A stretch of DNA of 63,016 nt, the filler included. It is 6 parts of 6 records of this genome, joined end to end, with 100 filler letters (N's around TTAATTAATTAA, not from the genome) between each part and the next. Parts side by side here need not be neighbours in the genome. Positions count along the whole stretch, not along the records: positions 1 to 24,990 come from SRR2962707_4458; 5 more parts are not named here. One strand, written 5' to 3'. The translations under genes were made by a program, and so were the position numbers. Under the pieces are notes generated by a model. That model had not been told where the DNA came from. It searched no databases and saw only the letters and a program-made list of their open reading frames with translations. Below, piece after piece: positions 9,679 through 18,940 of the stretch (the first letter of the stretch is position 1; each line of letters starts with the position of its first letter).

Positions 9679-10509
9679 ATGTCACCAGAACGCATTGGCG
9701 TAGTCATCACTACCTACAATTCCCCACTATGGCTGAGCAAGGTTCTGACGGGCTATGAAAACCAGAGCCAGCCGGACTTTCGGGTGATCATTGCTGATGA
9801 CGGGTCAACCAACGAGACCCGCGACCTCATCGACCGGTTCCGCGAGCGCGGTATCCTGCAGATCGACCACGTGTGGCACGAGGACGACGGCTTTCGCAAG
9901 TGCCAGATCCTCAACAAGGCCATCCGGGAAACCGACTGCGACTATCTGATCTTCACGGACGGCGACTGCATCCCGGAACCGGACTTCATCGCCACCCATC
10001 AACGGCTGGCCGAACCAGGAGTTTTCCTGTCCGGCGGATACATCAAACTCACCATGCCGGTTTCAGAAGCGATTTCCGACGACGATATCCGCAGCGGTGT
10101 CATCTTTGACCCCCAGTGGCTGGTCAGTAAGGGCCAACCGAAGAACCACAAGCTCTGGAAGCTGTCCAGCTCATCCCTGAAGAAGACATTCCTGAATGCC
10201 ATCACGCCGGCAGCCGCCAGTTGGAATGGCATGAACAGCTCCACCTGGACCAAAGACCTGATTGCCGTTAATGGCTTCAACGAAGACATGCAATACGGTG
10301 GCCTGGACCGCGAACTTGGCGAGCGCCTCTGGAACTTTGGTCACAAATCCCGGCAGATTCGCTACAGCACCGTGTGCCTGCATCTGGACCATGCCCGCGG
10401 TTACTCCAAGCCGGAAATCTGGGCAAAGAACCGGGCTATCCGCAAGGCCGTTAAGGACAACCGCACCTTCTGGGCCGAAAACGGCATTGAGAAGAGCCGC
10501 ACTGCATGA
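9679..10509 (+). CDS. GT2 glycosyltransferase
   Basis: VVITTYN, IADDGS, WHEDDGFRK, FTDGDC, VNGFNE, GGLD. Confidence 0.92.
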   Translation: MSPERIGVVITTYNSPLWLSKVLTGYENQSQPDFRVIIADDGSTNETRDLIDRFRERGILQIDHVWHEDDGFRKCQILNKAIRETDCDYLIFTDGDCIPEPDFIATHQRLAEPGVFLSGGYIKLTMPVSEAISDDDIRSGVIFDPQWLVSKGQPKNHKLWKLSSSSLKKTFLNAITPAAASWNGMNSSTWTKDLIAVNGFNEDMQYGGLDRELGERLWNFGHKSRQIRYSTVCLHLDHARGYSKPEIWAKNRAIRKAVKDNRTFWAENGIEKSRTA

Positions 10510-11687
10510 CCGAGCAAGGAAGCATGAGAACCCTGGTTGTGATCCACAGCCTGAAAATGGGCGGCATGGAACGGGTGGCCGTTAACCTGGCGGATGCCTT
10601 TGCGGACGAGGGCCACGAGAGTCACCTGCTGTCCTGCCGCAATCGCCCCAATGATCTCAGCCCTGCCAATTCTGCCGTTCACCTGCATCACTTCGATCAG
10701 TTCCAGGCGTTGATGAAATCGGTTATCGGTATTCCAGTTTTCCTGTTATCCCGCCTTCTACTGGGTGTACTGTTGCCGAAATCCCACTTTATGTGGGTTG
10801 GCTGGCTAAGCGGGTGGCTGCTGAAGAGACACATTCGCGGCCTGGAAAAGCGCTTCGGGCGTTTCGACCGCATTGTTTTCCGAGGCCTGGGTACCTTCAA
10901 GTATTTCTGGTCGTTCCGGGATGACCGCAATGTGTACGTGCTCGAAAACGTTATTCATTATGATCGCCCTCTGTGGCAGAAAAAGCTGGAATGGCAACTG
11001 GTCTTCAATAACCGACACCTGGCTTGCGTTTCCTCTGGTGTGCTGGACTCCGCTCAGGAGGCGTTCAAAAAGGGGGAGATTGAACCGAAAAGCCAGCGGG
11101 TGATCACCAACCCCTGCCCGGTGGAGCAGATTAACGCGTTGGCGCAAGAGGCCGACCCGGACATTCCAGCGGAGCCCTATATCCTCAATGTCGCTCGGCT
11201 CGTGCCTCAGAAAGGCCACGCCTTGCTGCTGGAAGCCTACAAGCAATCAGGAATCGCTCACAAGCTGGTCATTGTAGGCGAGGGTCCGTTGAAAAACGAT
11301 TTGGAGGAGAAAGCGAAGGCCCTAGGCATCGCTGACCGCGTCTTCTTCGCGGGCAAACGCAGAAACCCCTACCCCTGGATGAAGCAGGCGGAACTGTTTG
11401 TGCTGGCCTCAGAATATGAGGGCCTGGGCATCGTATTGACCGAGGCCCTGGCCTGCAACACGCCGATCATGGCTGTAGAGAGCCGCGGTGGCGTACGGGA
11501 TGTGTTCCGTGGCGAATTGGAGGATTTCCTGACGCCACGCACCGTGGATGGTCTGGCAAGCGGGCTCGCAACCGTGGTTAACCGCCTACCGGTCACCGTG
11601 AAACCGGAGTGGCTTGCGCCTTTCCGCAGCCGGGTGGTGGTGAGCGACTTTCTCGAATCCCCGGAAAAGCAAAGCCAACATGACTGA
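10506..11687 (+). CDS. GT4 glycosyltransferase
   Basis: GGMERV, ARLVPQKG, EGLGIVLTEA. Confidence 0.9.
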   Translation: MTEQGSMRTLVVIHSLKMGGMERVAVNLADAFADEGHESHLLSCRNRPNDLSPANSAVHLHHFDQFQALMKSVIGIPVFLLSRLLLGVLLPKSHFMWVGWLSGWLLKRHIRGLEKRFGRFDRIVFRGLGTFKYFWSFRDDRNVYVLENVIHYDRPLWQKKLEWQLVFNNRHLACVSSGVLDSAQEAFKKGEIEPKSQRVITNPCPVEQINALAQEADPDIPAEPYILNVARLVPQKGHALLLEAYKQSGIAHKLVIVGEGPLKNDLEEKAKALGIADRVFFAGKRRNPYPWMKQAELFVLASEYEGLGIVLTEALACNTPIMAVESRGGVRDVFRGELEDFLTPRTVDGLASGLATVVNRLPVTVKPEWLAPFRSRVVVSDFLESPEKQSQHD

Positions 11688-12612
11688 GCACGCCCAACCT
11701 CTCAATATTCTGGTAGCGGGCATTTATTGGTCCGGTTCCGGTGCTGTAGTGGATTACCTCAAGGGACACCCGGACTGCGTCGTGCCCCGGGGTGAATTTA
11801 CCGACTTCAAACGGAGTGGACGAATCGGCAGCCTTCTGGAGGCGGACTCACCCTTCAAGGCAAAATGGCTTGCCAGGATGATGTGGTTCGAAACCGCCAT
11901 GGGCAAACTGCCTGCAGCACAGCTTAAAAAAGCGCGAGGCGCAGACCAGGCCAAGCTTGCTCCAAAGGAGCAGGTGAGACACAACCAGTTGAAGCTTGAA
12001 TACCTTGGCCGCTATCGGAAACATTTAGCCAAAGGCGGTGCGCCCTCGGATAGCCGGATATGGAACGATTGGATGCACGCCGTCGGCCAGGCGTACGCTG
12101 CTAGGGAAAAGGCCATCGTCTGGAACCAGCCGATCTGGGTCGGCAAACACGAAGGGACCTGGCCCGCTGTCTTTACCCCCTTCAAACTGATCGTGGTTCA
12201 CCGAGATCCAGTGGACCAGTTTGCCGAAGTCGTCCGCCAGGGCAAGATCGGCAAGCGTAAATCCGACCCCGCGTTCAATGATAGCGAGAACGACGACATT
12301 GCCTATGTGCTCAAAGGCATCGCCGCAAAAATGGAAAGCCTGATGGCGCTTCAGGCGCAGTTGGGCGAAAGTTATATGCTTGCAGTGAGCTTTGAACGCT
12401 TCGTGAAAGACCACAAAACGGAAGCCCGGAGAGTCTGTGACTTCCTGGATTTCCCGGAAGCGCAACTGCCGTCAGCGCCGTTCAATCCTTCCTACTCCAT
12501 CCGCAATGTCGGCATCGGAGACACGGACCAAATCCGCGGCATGCTCAAGGATCACCAGCCCCTTGTCGACCGACTATATGACCTGAGAACTCAGTTCGAT
12601 AACGCGCAGTAG
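11680..12612 (+). CDS. Sulfotransferase-fold (P-loop) protein with atypical PAPS-binding motifs
   Basis: N-terminal ILVAGIYWSGSGAVVDYLKGHP (5'PSB-like loop), IVVHRDPVDQFAE (3'PB-like), VSFERFV..H....RRVCDFL typical of the family; overlaps the upstream GT4 by 8 nt. Confidence 0.7.
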   Translation: MTEHAQPLNILVAGIYWSGSGAVVDYLKGHPDCVVPRGEFTDFKRSGRIGSLLEADSPFKAKWLARMMWFETAMGKLPAAQLKKARGADQAKLAPKEQVRHNQLKLEYLGRYRKHLAKGGAPSDSRIWNDWMHAVGQAYAAREKAIVWNQPIWVGKHEGTWPAVFTPFKLIVVHRDPVDQFAEVVRQGKIGKRKSDPAFNDSENDDIAYVLKGIAAKMESLMALQAQLGESYMLAVSFERFVKDHKTEARRVCDFLDFPEAQLPSAPFNPSYSIRNVGIGDTDQIRGMLKDHQPLVDRLYDLRTQFDNAQ

Positions 12613-13373
12613 GATGCCAACTCACCTTTTTCCGCCATCGAGGAATAGGCTTCCAGCTCATCCGCGGTATCCACTTCCAGCCAACCGTTGTCCACCAGGC
12701 AGGCCTTCACCGGCCAGCCGGTGTCAATCAGGTGCTGGATAAAGCTCGTCATGTACATGTTATCGAAGTCCTTGCCATCGTAGGTGGCGCTACGGTCCAG
12801 TCTATCGAAAACATCGAGAAACGCCTGCACCTGATCGCCCCGGATCTTGATCAGCCCCATGTATTGAGCCTGGACCTGGCTGTAATCACTGGGCTTCTTG
12901 CCAAGCTCAGTCACAAAACCGGATTCGTTCATAACGAAGGTTTCCGCGTCATCCAACGGCTCCTCCATTCTTAATTGCCACAGGCGCTTCCACTTACGGT
13001 CCGCAGCCAGACAAACCGGCGCATCGCAGTCCAGAACGATTTTCAGAACCGTAGGCTCATAGACGATATCCCCGTAACTGATCAGCAGATCCTCGCCGGG
13101 CTTCATCTTCTCGCGCGCGCAAAAGAGCGTGCGGACCATGTTGGTGGTTGCGTACTCGGGATTGAGGACGAGATCACCGCCTAGAGTGTCCAGGTCATCC
13201 GACCGATAGCCGCCGATGACGGTAATGCCATTGCTCACTCCGCAAGCTGCCATCGCCGCCATCTGACGATGAAGCAGAGGCTTGCCCGCCAGCGCCACCA
13301 TGCATTTGGGGCGGTCGTTGGTGTAGGGGCGAAGTCGGGTGCCCTGCCCTGCGGCCAGTATCAGTGTTTGCAT
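12591..13373 (-). CDS. CTP:phosphoglutamine cytidylyltransferase-like (Cj1416/LicC family NTP transferase)
   Basis: LILAAGQGTRLRPYTNDRPKCMV, NPEYATTNM, YGDIVY, YMGLIK, WLEVD; ATG at 13373 overlaps the upstream stop. Confidence 0.88.
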   Translation of the reverse strand: MQTLILAAGQGTRLRPYTNDRPKCMVALAGKPLLHRQMAAMAACGVSNGITVIGGYRSDDLDTLGGDLVLNPEYATTNMVRTLFCAREKMKPGEDLLISYGDIVYEPTVLKIVLDCDAPVCLAADRKWKRLWQLRMEEPLDDAETFVMNESGFVTELGKKPSDYSQVQAQYMGLIKIRGDQVQAFLDVFDRLDRSATYDGKDFDNMYMTSFIQHLIDTGWPVKACLVDNGWLEVDTADELEAYSSMAEKGELASYCALSN

Positions 13374-14008
13374 GGGGTACCTCTGAAAATACAGTTGAAA
13401 AGTTGTTTGTCGCGCTCGGTGAACGGCGCCTCTCGCTCCGGGTGCCACATGATGCCAGCCCAAGGCAGGCTACGATGCACATACGCCTCGATATCGCCTT
13501 CCGGGCTCAGCAACTGGGGGATGAGTTCCGCCACCAGACCCTCCGGGGAAATTCCCCAGTTATGGAAACTGTTGACGTCCTGGTAGGGGCGAAACCAGCT
13601 ATTTGTCTGTTCAGTTGGTGTCACCGCGTGTCGCACGGCGGTATGACCGGAGACCGGGGTAAGCTGCCCGCCCAGCCAGACGTTCATCATCTGCAGTCCC
13701 CGACAGACTCCGATAACTGGCCACCCCCGCTCGCGTGCAAGCGAAAGCAGGGTTCGTTCCGTCTCATCTCGCTCTGCCGACGTGTTGATGGCATCAGGCA
13801 GGTGAGTGAGATCATTGCCACCCGACAGGATCAGCCCCTCAATTCCCGTCGATGCCAGCCATTCGTTGAGATTGGACAGCGAGTTGGGAATGGGCACGGG
13901 CATGAACCCCAGTGCCTCAAGAAACCGGAACCATTGCTGATCCAGGCAATCCCGGTGCTCACCATAAGACGCAACCACTTCCACGCGCTGACTGACTCCA
14001 ATGCGCAT
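13361..14008 (-). CDS. Peptidase C26 / class I glutamine amidotransferase, gamma-glutamyl-CDP-amidate hydrolase-like (Cj1417)
   Basis: IGVSQRV..YGEHRDCLDQQW, LSGGND, GVCRGLQ (Cys nucleophile), NSFHNWG, MWHPER (His-Glu). Confidence 0.88.
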   Translation of the reverse strand: MRIGVSQRVEVVASYGEHRDCLDQQWFRFLEALGFMPVPIPNSLSNLNEWLASTGIEGLILSGGNDLTHLPDAINTSAERDETERTLLSLARERGWPVIGVCRGLQMMNVWLGGQLTPVSGHTAVRHAVTPTEQTNSWFRPYQDVNSFHNWGISPEGLVAELIPQLLSPEGDIEAYVHRSLPWAGIMWHPEREAPFTERDKQLFNCIFRGTPCKH

Positions 14009-14009
14009 C

Positions 14010-17000
14010 TTAACGGATGACCTCAATTCGCTTGTTGACGGGGTCCAGTTCCAACACGGTTGCCCTCGCCAATGCCTCGTACTTCCCCTCGCCTACGCCA
14101 ATGGCGGCAGGTAGTCCAAACTCTGCGGCCCGTATGGCCATGTGGGAATTGGCACCGCCATACATGGTAATCAACCCGGCAATGCCATGGCCAAACAGCC
14201 AGTCATAACCGGGGTCGGCCTGGGGAATCATGGCAATTTTGCCGGACAGGTTACTCCGCTCGTCAGTGGCTCGTTTTTGCAGATCGACGCACTCGGCGGA
14301 GATCTTCCCGGCACCCACGAAATTCGCGTGGCTATCAGTGTACAGGAAGGCGTAAAAGTCACTTTCTGACAGCAGCAAGGGGGGTAATTCAACCATAGCC
14401 GCTGCCCGGCTGGCCTCATAACCTTCGGTAGCCTGGTCTGCCAGCCAGGAGGCCTCATCGGCCACCGCCACGGTTCCTGACCTCAACGCGGACAGGGCTT
14501 CAACGGAAATACACGCCATCTGCTCCCGCGTTACCCCATGACGCTCTCCGTAACCCGCCAGGCAATTCAGGGCCAGAGAAAGATGCCGGGTAAACACAAA
14601 CTTGGCGTACTCACGGCCCTCGATGGCATTACGCATAAAACGCTCAAGCTGCTCAATGTCACCGGGCAAACCGGCATCTGAAACCGCCTGCGCGAACGTC
14701 TGCCTCTCATTTTCCCACGCGTCCAGAGCGATATGGGAACCCGAGTCGGCGTGCAACTCCGACGCTGAACGCTCAATCACCGGAACCAGGAAATGCTCAG
14801 GGTTATCGCCATAACAGGGCGAGGTTATGTCGTAGGTACCTGGCCGCAAGTGCCGATATTGTTGGGTGAAGGCGGCCATGGACAATTCTTGACGAGCCAC
14901 CTTCGCAGCATCGTCGGTAAACCGGTGGGAAACCGTGCGGATAGAGTTGAGGAACGCATCCATGGCGCCCTGGGACAACACACCTTTTTCGACGGCCGAC
15001 CGAAGCAATGTGATCGCAACAAAGGCACTGCGGGCAAGATGGGCAAACGCCAGGGTTCCGTATCGCCGACACTCTTCAAGCAGCGACAGTGCATCGTCCA
15101 GACTGGCGGCATCAGTGTTCCGGAAACACGCCAGCCGCTCTTCGAAGCGGTCAATTACTTGCAGATCCGCGTCGGTTCGAGCGATGGCGCAGGCAGTGAT
15201 GGTTTTCAATCCCACGCCAAGCCGATCTGCCTCATCGGCATTAAAACCACCCTCGTGGATCAAACGTTCCCGCCAGCGCTCAAAATCCAGCGCGTAGCAG
15301 GTAGGCACCACATCAAACTCAACTTTGTCGTGTAGATGCGGGTGGCGACGTAACCACTCCATGTAGAAGTCCACCAGCCGCCCTGCCAAGCCGTCATCCA
15401 GGGATTGCGGAATGAAAGAGTTGAAGCTGGCGCGAATATCCACGTAAGGGTGCCCGGCAAACATCCTGAGCAACGGCTGGGGGCGAACGTCCCGATAACC
15501 GTATTCCGCTCTCTGGGCTGCCCACACGTCGTCCATGATCAGATAGCGATACAGGCTGGATGCCAGTCGTCCCGGCCGGGTGCCGATGATTTCAGCCGGG
15601 TTCCAGTCCGGCATCACACCGAAACAGGCACGCTTGCCGACAACAAATGGCGCTGGAGCCTGCCACTGCCGAAATCGATCCACGGCGTTCGTCAGCAAGC
15701 TCTCTGCCGCATCACTCTGAGTGAGCTCGTGCTGAACCGCAATCGGGCGCACCTGAAGGATATGGATCAGGCCGCCCTCAGTGATAGCGAATTCCATATC
15801 GAGAGAATCGAAATCCAACAGGTCCTCGACTTCCCTCAGCGCGGGCATCAGTCCCGCCAGGTTCTCCGGCACCCGTACCAGCTTCTCCGGAGCATCCCGA
15901 TGAACAAAGAGGGTTTTGTGATCCCGGCTGGCACCGCTGGTGATGGACTCGGTGCTATTCGTAGTATCGTCGTAATTCACGACATAATACGGAGCCCCCG
16001 AGGACAGGGTTTTGGTGAACGCCACACCACTGGCAATCACCTGTTCCAGCATCGGCTGCACCAGAACCTGGTTGTCGGGGTGGCCATCGGGATAGGAGGC
16101 AATGACCTTCTCAATGGCGGCTCTAAGCTCGCCTTCACTCTGGCGACTGACATTGAGAACACTGGTGTAAGCGCCAGCGTTGGATACCCCGAACCCGTCC
16201 TCTGACAAGGCACTGCTGCGGACAACCAGTTTTTCCGTTTCCGATAGGCGCGCCCCGATCCGGGCGAGTACTTCTGTGTCCAAGTCCTGCCATTCGGCAA
16301 CCGTAAAGCTGACCTGGTCTTCAATACGACTTCTCGTAACCACGCCCTGCAAACGATGGAGCGTCTGCGCCTTGGTGCCCAGGATAAACCGACTGAGATC
16401 GTTCGGCTCGTTCAGTTCTGCCCATCCACCGGCCACATCCACCGCAGCCACACTGAACCCACGAACCCGCAACAGCTCAAGAAGCTGGGTGAGGCTGCCC
16501 TTGCGTATGGCTTCCGGAAAATCCGACTGCCCCGCCAGAAAACCCGCAACCTTGGGCTGCAGCCGAACCAGACCAACGAATTCGGCATCGGCCAGTTCGG
16601 GAAGGATATCCCGCCCCAAACGGGTGATCCGGCCGCCGTGCACGTTCACTTTTTCACATCGCTGTAAATCCTCTTCAGAGCGCCCCTCAAACCGGTGACG
16701 CCAATTGCTGTCCACCAAAACGGCTATATCCGCCTCACTGGAGGATAAAGATTGCACCGCGGAATCCCGAAACAGCACGTCGGAATAGGACACGTAGTGA
16801 ACGACGCGATCATTCAGTGGCGCTTCCAGCAACGACGCCGCCGCACCGGTGGATTGCCAATGAGGGTTCACCGAATAGTGAAGCTCGGGATAACGCTCGG
16901 CAATTTCATCCAGCTGGTATCCGCCCACGAAATGAACGTCGGGCTCTACTGCGCGCATGGAGTGCAATACCCAGTCCAGTACCCGCCTGCGACCGGTTGT

Positions 17001-17093
17001 GCCCCGGAGCACACTATGCTGTTCGCCGCTGAACGGCTTGCCAGCGCCGAGGATGATGAGGCGTGTCTGGTGTGCTCGCTCCGTTGTTCCCAT
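14010..17093 (-). CDS. L-glutamine kinase-like PEP-utilizing enzyme (Cj1418 family) with an N-terminal nucleotidyltransferase-like domain
   Basis: TKAQTL, VRSSALSED..SNAGAY ATP-grasp, LQVRPI, GVMPDWNPAEIIG, ADPGYDWLF, GGANSHMAIRAAE phospho-His domain. First ~238 aa resemble an NTP transferase (IILGAG, YSDVLF, AEFVGL, WAELN). Confidence 0.9.
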   Translation of the reverse strand: MGTTERAHQTRLIILGAGKPFSGEQHSVLRGTTGRRRVLDWVLHSMRAVEPDVHFVGGYQLDEIAERYPELHYSVNPHWQSTGAAASLLEAPLNDRVVHYVSYSDVLFRDSAVQSLSSSEADIAVLVDSNWRHRFEGRSEEDLQRCEKVNVHGGRITRLGRDILPELADAEFVGLVRLQPKVAGFLAGQSDFPEAIRKGSLTQLLELLRVRGFSVAAVDVAGGWAELNEPNDLSRFILGTKAQTLHRLQGVVTRSRIEDQVSFTVAEWQDLDTEVLARIGARLSETEKLVVRSSALSEDGFGVSNAGAYTSVLNVSRQSEGELRAAIEKVIASYPDGHPDNQVLVQPMLEQVIASGVAFTKTLSSGAPYYVVNYDDTTNSTESITSGASRDHKTLFVHRDAPEKLVRVPENLAGLMPALREVEDLLDFDSLDMEFAITEGGLIHILQVRPIAVQHELTQSDAAESLLTNAVDRFRQWQAPAPFVVGKRACFGVMPDWNPAEIIGTRPGRLASSLYRYLIMDDVWAAQRAEYGYRDVRPQPLLRMFAGHPYVDIRASFNSFIPQSLDDGLAGRLVDFYMEWLRRHPHLHDKVEFDVVPTCYALDFERWRERLIHEGGFNADEADRLGVGLKTITACAIARTDADLQVIDRFEERLACFRNTDAASLDDALSLLEECRRYGTLAFAHLARSAFVAITLLRSAVEKGVLSQGAMDAFLNSIRTVSHRFTDDAAKVARQELSMAAFTQQYRHLRPGTYDITSPCYGDNPEHFLVPVIERSASELHADSGSHIALDAWENERQTFAQAVSDAGLPGDIEQLERFMRNAIEGREYAKFVFTRHLSLALNCLAGYGERHGVTREQMACISVEALSALRSGTVAVADEASWLADQATEGYEASRAAAMVELPPLLLSESDFYAFLYTDSHANFVGAGKISAECVDLQKRATDERSNLSGKIAMIPQADPGYDWLFGHGIAGLITMYGGANSHMAIRAAEFGLPAAIGVGEGKYEALARATVLELDPVNKRIEVIR

Positions 17094-17198
17094 GAATCAA
17101 CAATCACTCATTCAATTGACGACAAATCCCCAGATTCCACGAGGGACAAAACCTGATGTAAACTCCGTAGTTTACATCATAGGCGAGCAGACGGCGGC

Positions 17199-17864
17199 AT
17201 GGGTATTACCGAAAAATCCAGATTCGAGCAGCTACGAAGGAACTGGAACAGCCGCCTCCGAGCGTGGCAAACGGATCGACAGAACAAGGCATTATATGGG
17301 GAAGACGCGCCGAGGTTTGCCGAACAACTGTGGGTGCCGATTTCCGAGCTTGAATTTGCCGTCAAGGCGGGAAGCTCAAAACAAAGCGGACAAATCATCC
17401 GTTCCTGGCCCACCGGGGGGCTGGGGCGCGTCGATCAAACCGTCGCCATAAAGGCGTGTGTAGCCCACTGGCGGGGCGGGTTGTCGTGGGAAGAAACGGG
17501 CATTTACGACGCAATGATGGATCAGATACGGAAGCACGGAAAGGTAGACCGCCTCAGGACACTTGAAGACGTTAAACTCCGGTACCGGCAGCTTGATGCC
17601 CTATACGAAAGCGTGCGACAAGCAGGGCGCCTGAGCCCCAGAGATGAGCTGATCCCTGGGAACTTCCGGGAAGAGGGAGGGATACTCGTCAACATTGGTC
17701 CAGACGGCAAGCCCTACTTCGGCAGGAAAGGCAATCATCGTTTAGCGATGGCGATCGCGGCAGGCATTGACCGCATTCCTGCGCAGCTTGGGGTTGTTCA
17801 TATCGAGGGTCTACCTGCACTTCCTGATTATCGAAATGCGCCACCGAATGAAACAGCCAACTAA
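17199..17864 (+). CDS. Hypothetical protein with ParB/Srx-like C-terminal motif
   Basis: ILVNIGPDG...KGNHRLAMA..AGI..IPA resembles the (D)GxHR core of the ParB/sulfiredoxin fold; divergent from the phosphoramidate operon. Confidence 0.65.
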   Translation: MGITEKSRFEQLRRNWNSRLRAWQTDRQNKALYGEDAPRFAEQLWVPISELEFAVKAGSSKQSGQIIRSWPTGGLGRVDQTVAIKACVAHWRGGLSWEETGIYDAMMDQIRKHGKVDRLRTLEDVKLRYRQLDALYESVRQAGRLSPRDELIPGNFREEGGILVNIGPDGKPYFGRKGNHRLAMAIAAGIDRIPAQLGVVHIEGLPALPDYRNAPPNETAN

Positions 17865-17869
17865 CAGAA

Positions 17870-18769
17870 TCAAGATCCGCCAGCTTTCGACGACAAGAAA
17901 AGCGATAGCATAAGCCTCTTAAGAGCTCTGACATCCAAAGGACTGATTCGCAGAAGCCGCAATAGCGTCGAGCGGTAGTCAGCAATCAGACCCGCATCTT
18001 TTTGCCTGCGCGCGAGTAAATTCAGGTAACGGGAGGCCAACTTGGGATGTTGGGCAATGAAACCTGCATGCCGGTCCGCAATCAGGGTGTCGCACTTCGC
18101 CTGCTTGAGTAGATTATCGCTGGTACTCAGGCGCGGGCCAGAGTGAATGAAAAAGTTCACCAATGGAGCCTGAACGGAACCACAACCACTCCCCTCACTT
18201 AACATTCGAAAAACCAGCTCCCGATCTTCGGAAACCGTCAGGGATTCGTCAAAACCTCCAATTCGGCGTATTGATTCTGCTCTGAACATCATGCCCGTCG
18301 TACGGGTGTATGCTGTCGCGGCATACGCGACTTCATCGGCCTTGTGGTGACGACGGATAAGGCAAGAATGCTGCTGGGCCTCCGAGGTGTCACCCGAGGA
18401 AACATCCAACACGCGCAGAGCCGGCCAGGCAAAGTCGATTTCGTCACCGTATTGCTCGAATAACTCGAGCATTTTGCCGGCATAATCCGGAAGCAAGGTG
18501 TCATCATCGTCCAGAAAAGCGATGTACTCCCCATTCGCCAGAGACAGCCCAGCATTGCGGGCTGCAGATACACCCTGGGCGATTGAATGGCGATGCACAC
18601 GAACCCGCTCATCCTCGCCTTCGTAGTCAACTGGCACGCTGCTGCCATCATCAACCACAATTACCTCCAGATCGGAAAGCGACTGGTCGACCGCCGACTC
18701 GATGGCCTTTGCGAGCATGTCAGGGCGATTGTGGGTCGGGATAATGATCGAAACTTTGGGCATACCCAT
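17870..18769 (-). CDS. GT2 glycosyltransferase
   Basis: VSIIIPTHNR, VVDDGS, GVSAARNAG, FLDDDD, GGFDE, SED. Confidence 0.92.
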   Translation of the reverse strand: MGMPKVSIIIPTHNRPDMLAKAIESAVDQSLSDLEVIVVDDGSSVPVDYEGEDERVRVHRHSIAQGVSAARNAGLSLANGEYIAFLDDDDTLLPDYAGKMLELFEQYGDEIDFAWPALRVLDVSSGDTSEAQQHSCLIRRHHKADEVAYAATAYTRTTGMMFRAESIRRIGGFDESLTVSEDRELVFRMLSEGSGCGSVQAPLVNFFIHSGPRLSTSDNLLKQAKCDTLIADRHAGFIAQHPKLASRYLNLLARRQKDAGLIADYRSTLLRLLRISPLDVRALKRLMLSLFLSSKAGGS

Positions 18770-18940
18770 TGGACCGTCAGGAGTTAAAACGCTGATTGTA
18801 TCTAAACTTACTGATGGATTCAGACTGGGCTGAAAGTCCCGCTTGGGCGACTGCTTCTAACCCAACAAATCTGTTACACTAAAACTTAACTTTGCCCTGC
18901 CAACATTCTTCCAATCGACAAGACCCAGAACCAGATTCCA

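Noticed and set aside
12591-13373. Phosphocholine (lic) or phosphonate pathway
   Set aside because: No licA/B/D, PEP mutase or phosphonopyruvate decarboxylase in the locus.
14010-17093. Annotation as PEP synthase/pyruvate phosphate dikinase or rifampin phosphotransferase
   Set aside because: No C-terminal PEP-binding barrel. The MPDWNPAE central motif and the C26/cytidylyltransferase neighbours fit the Cj1418 type.
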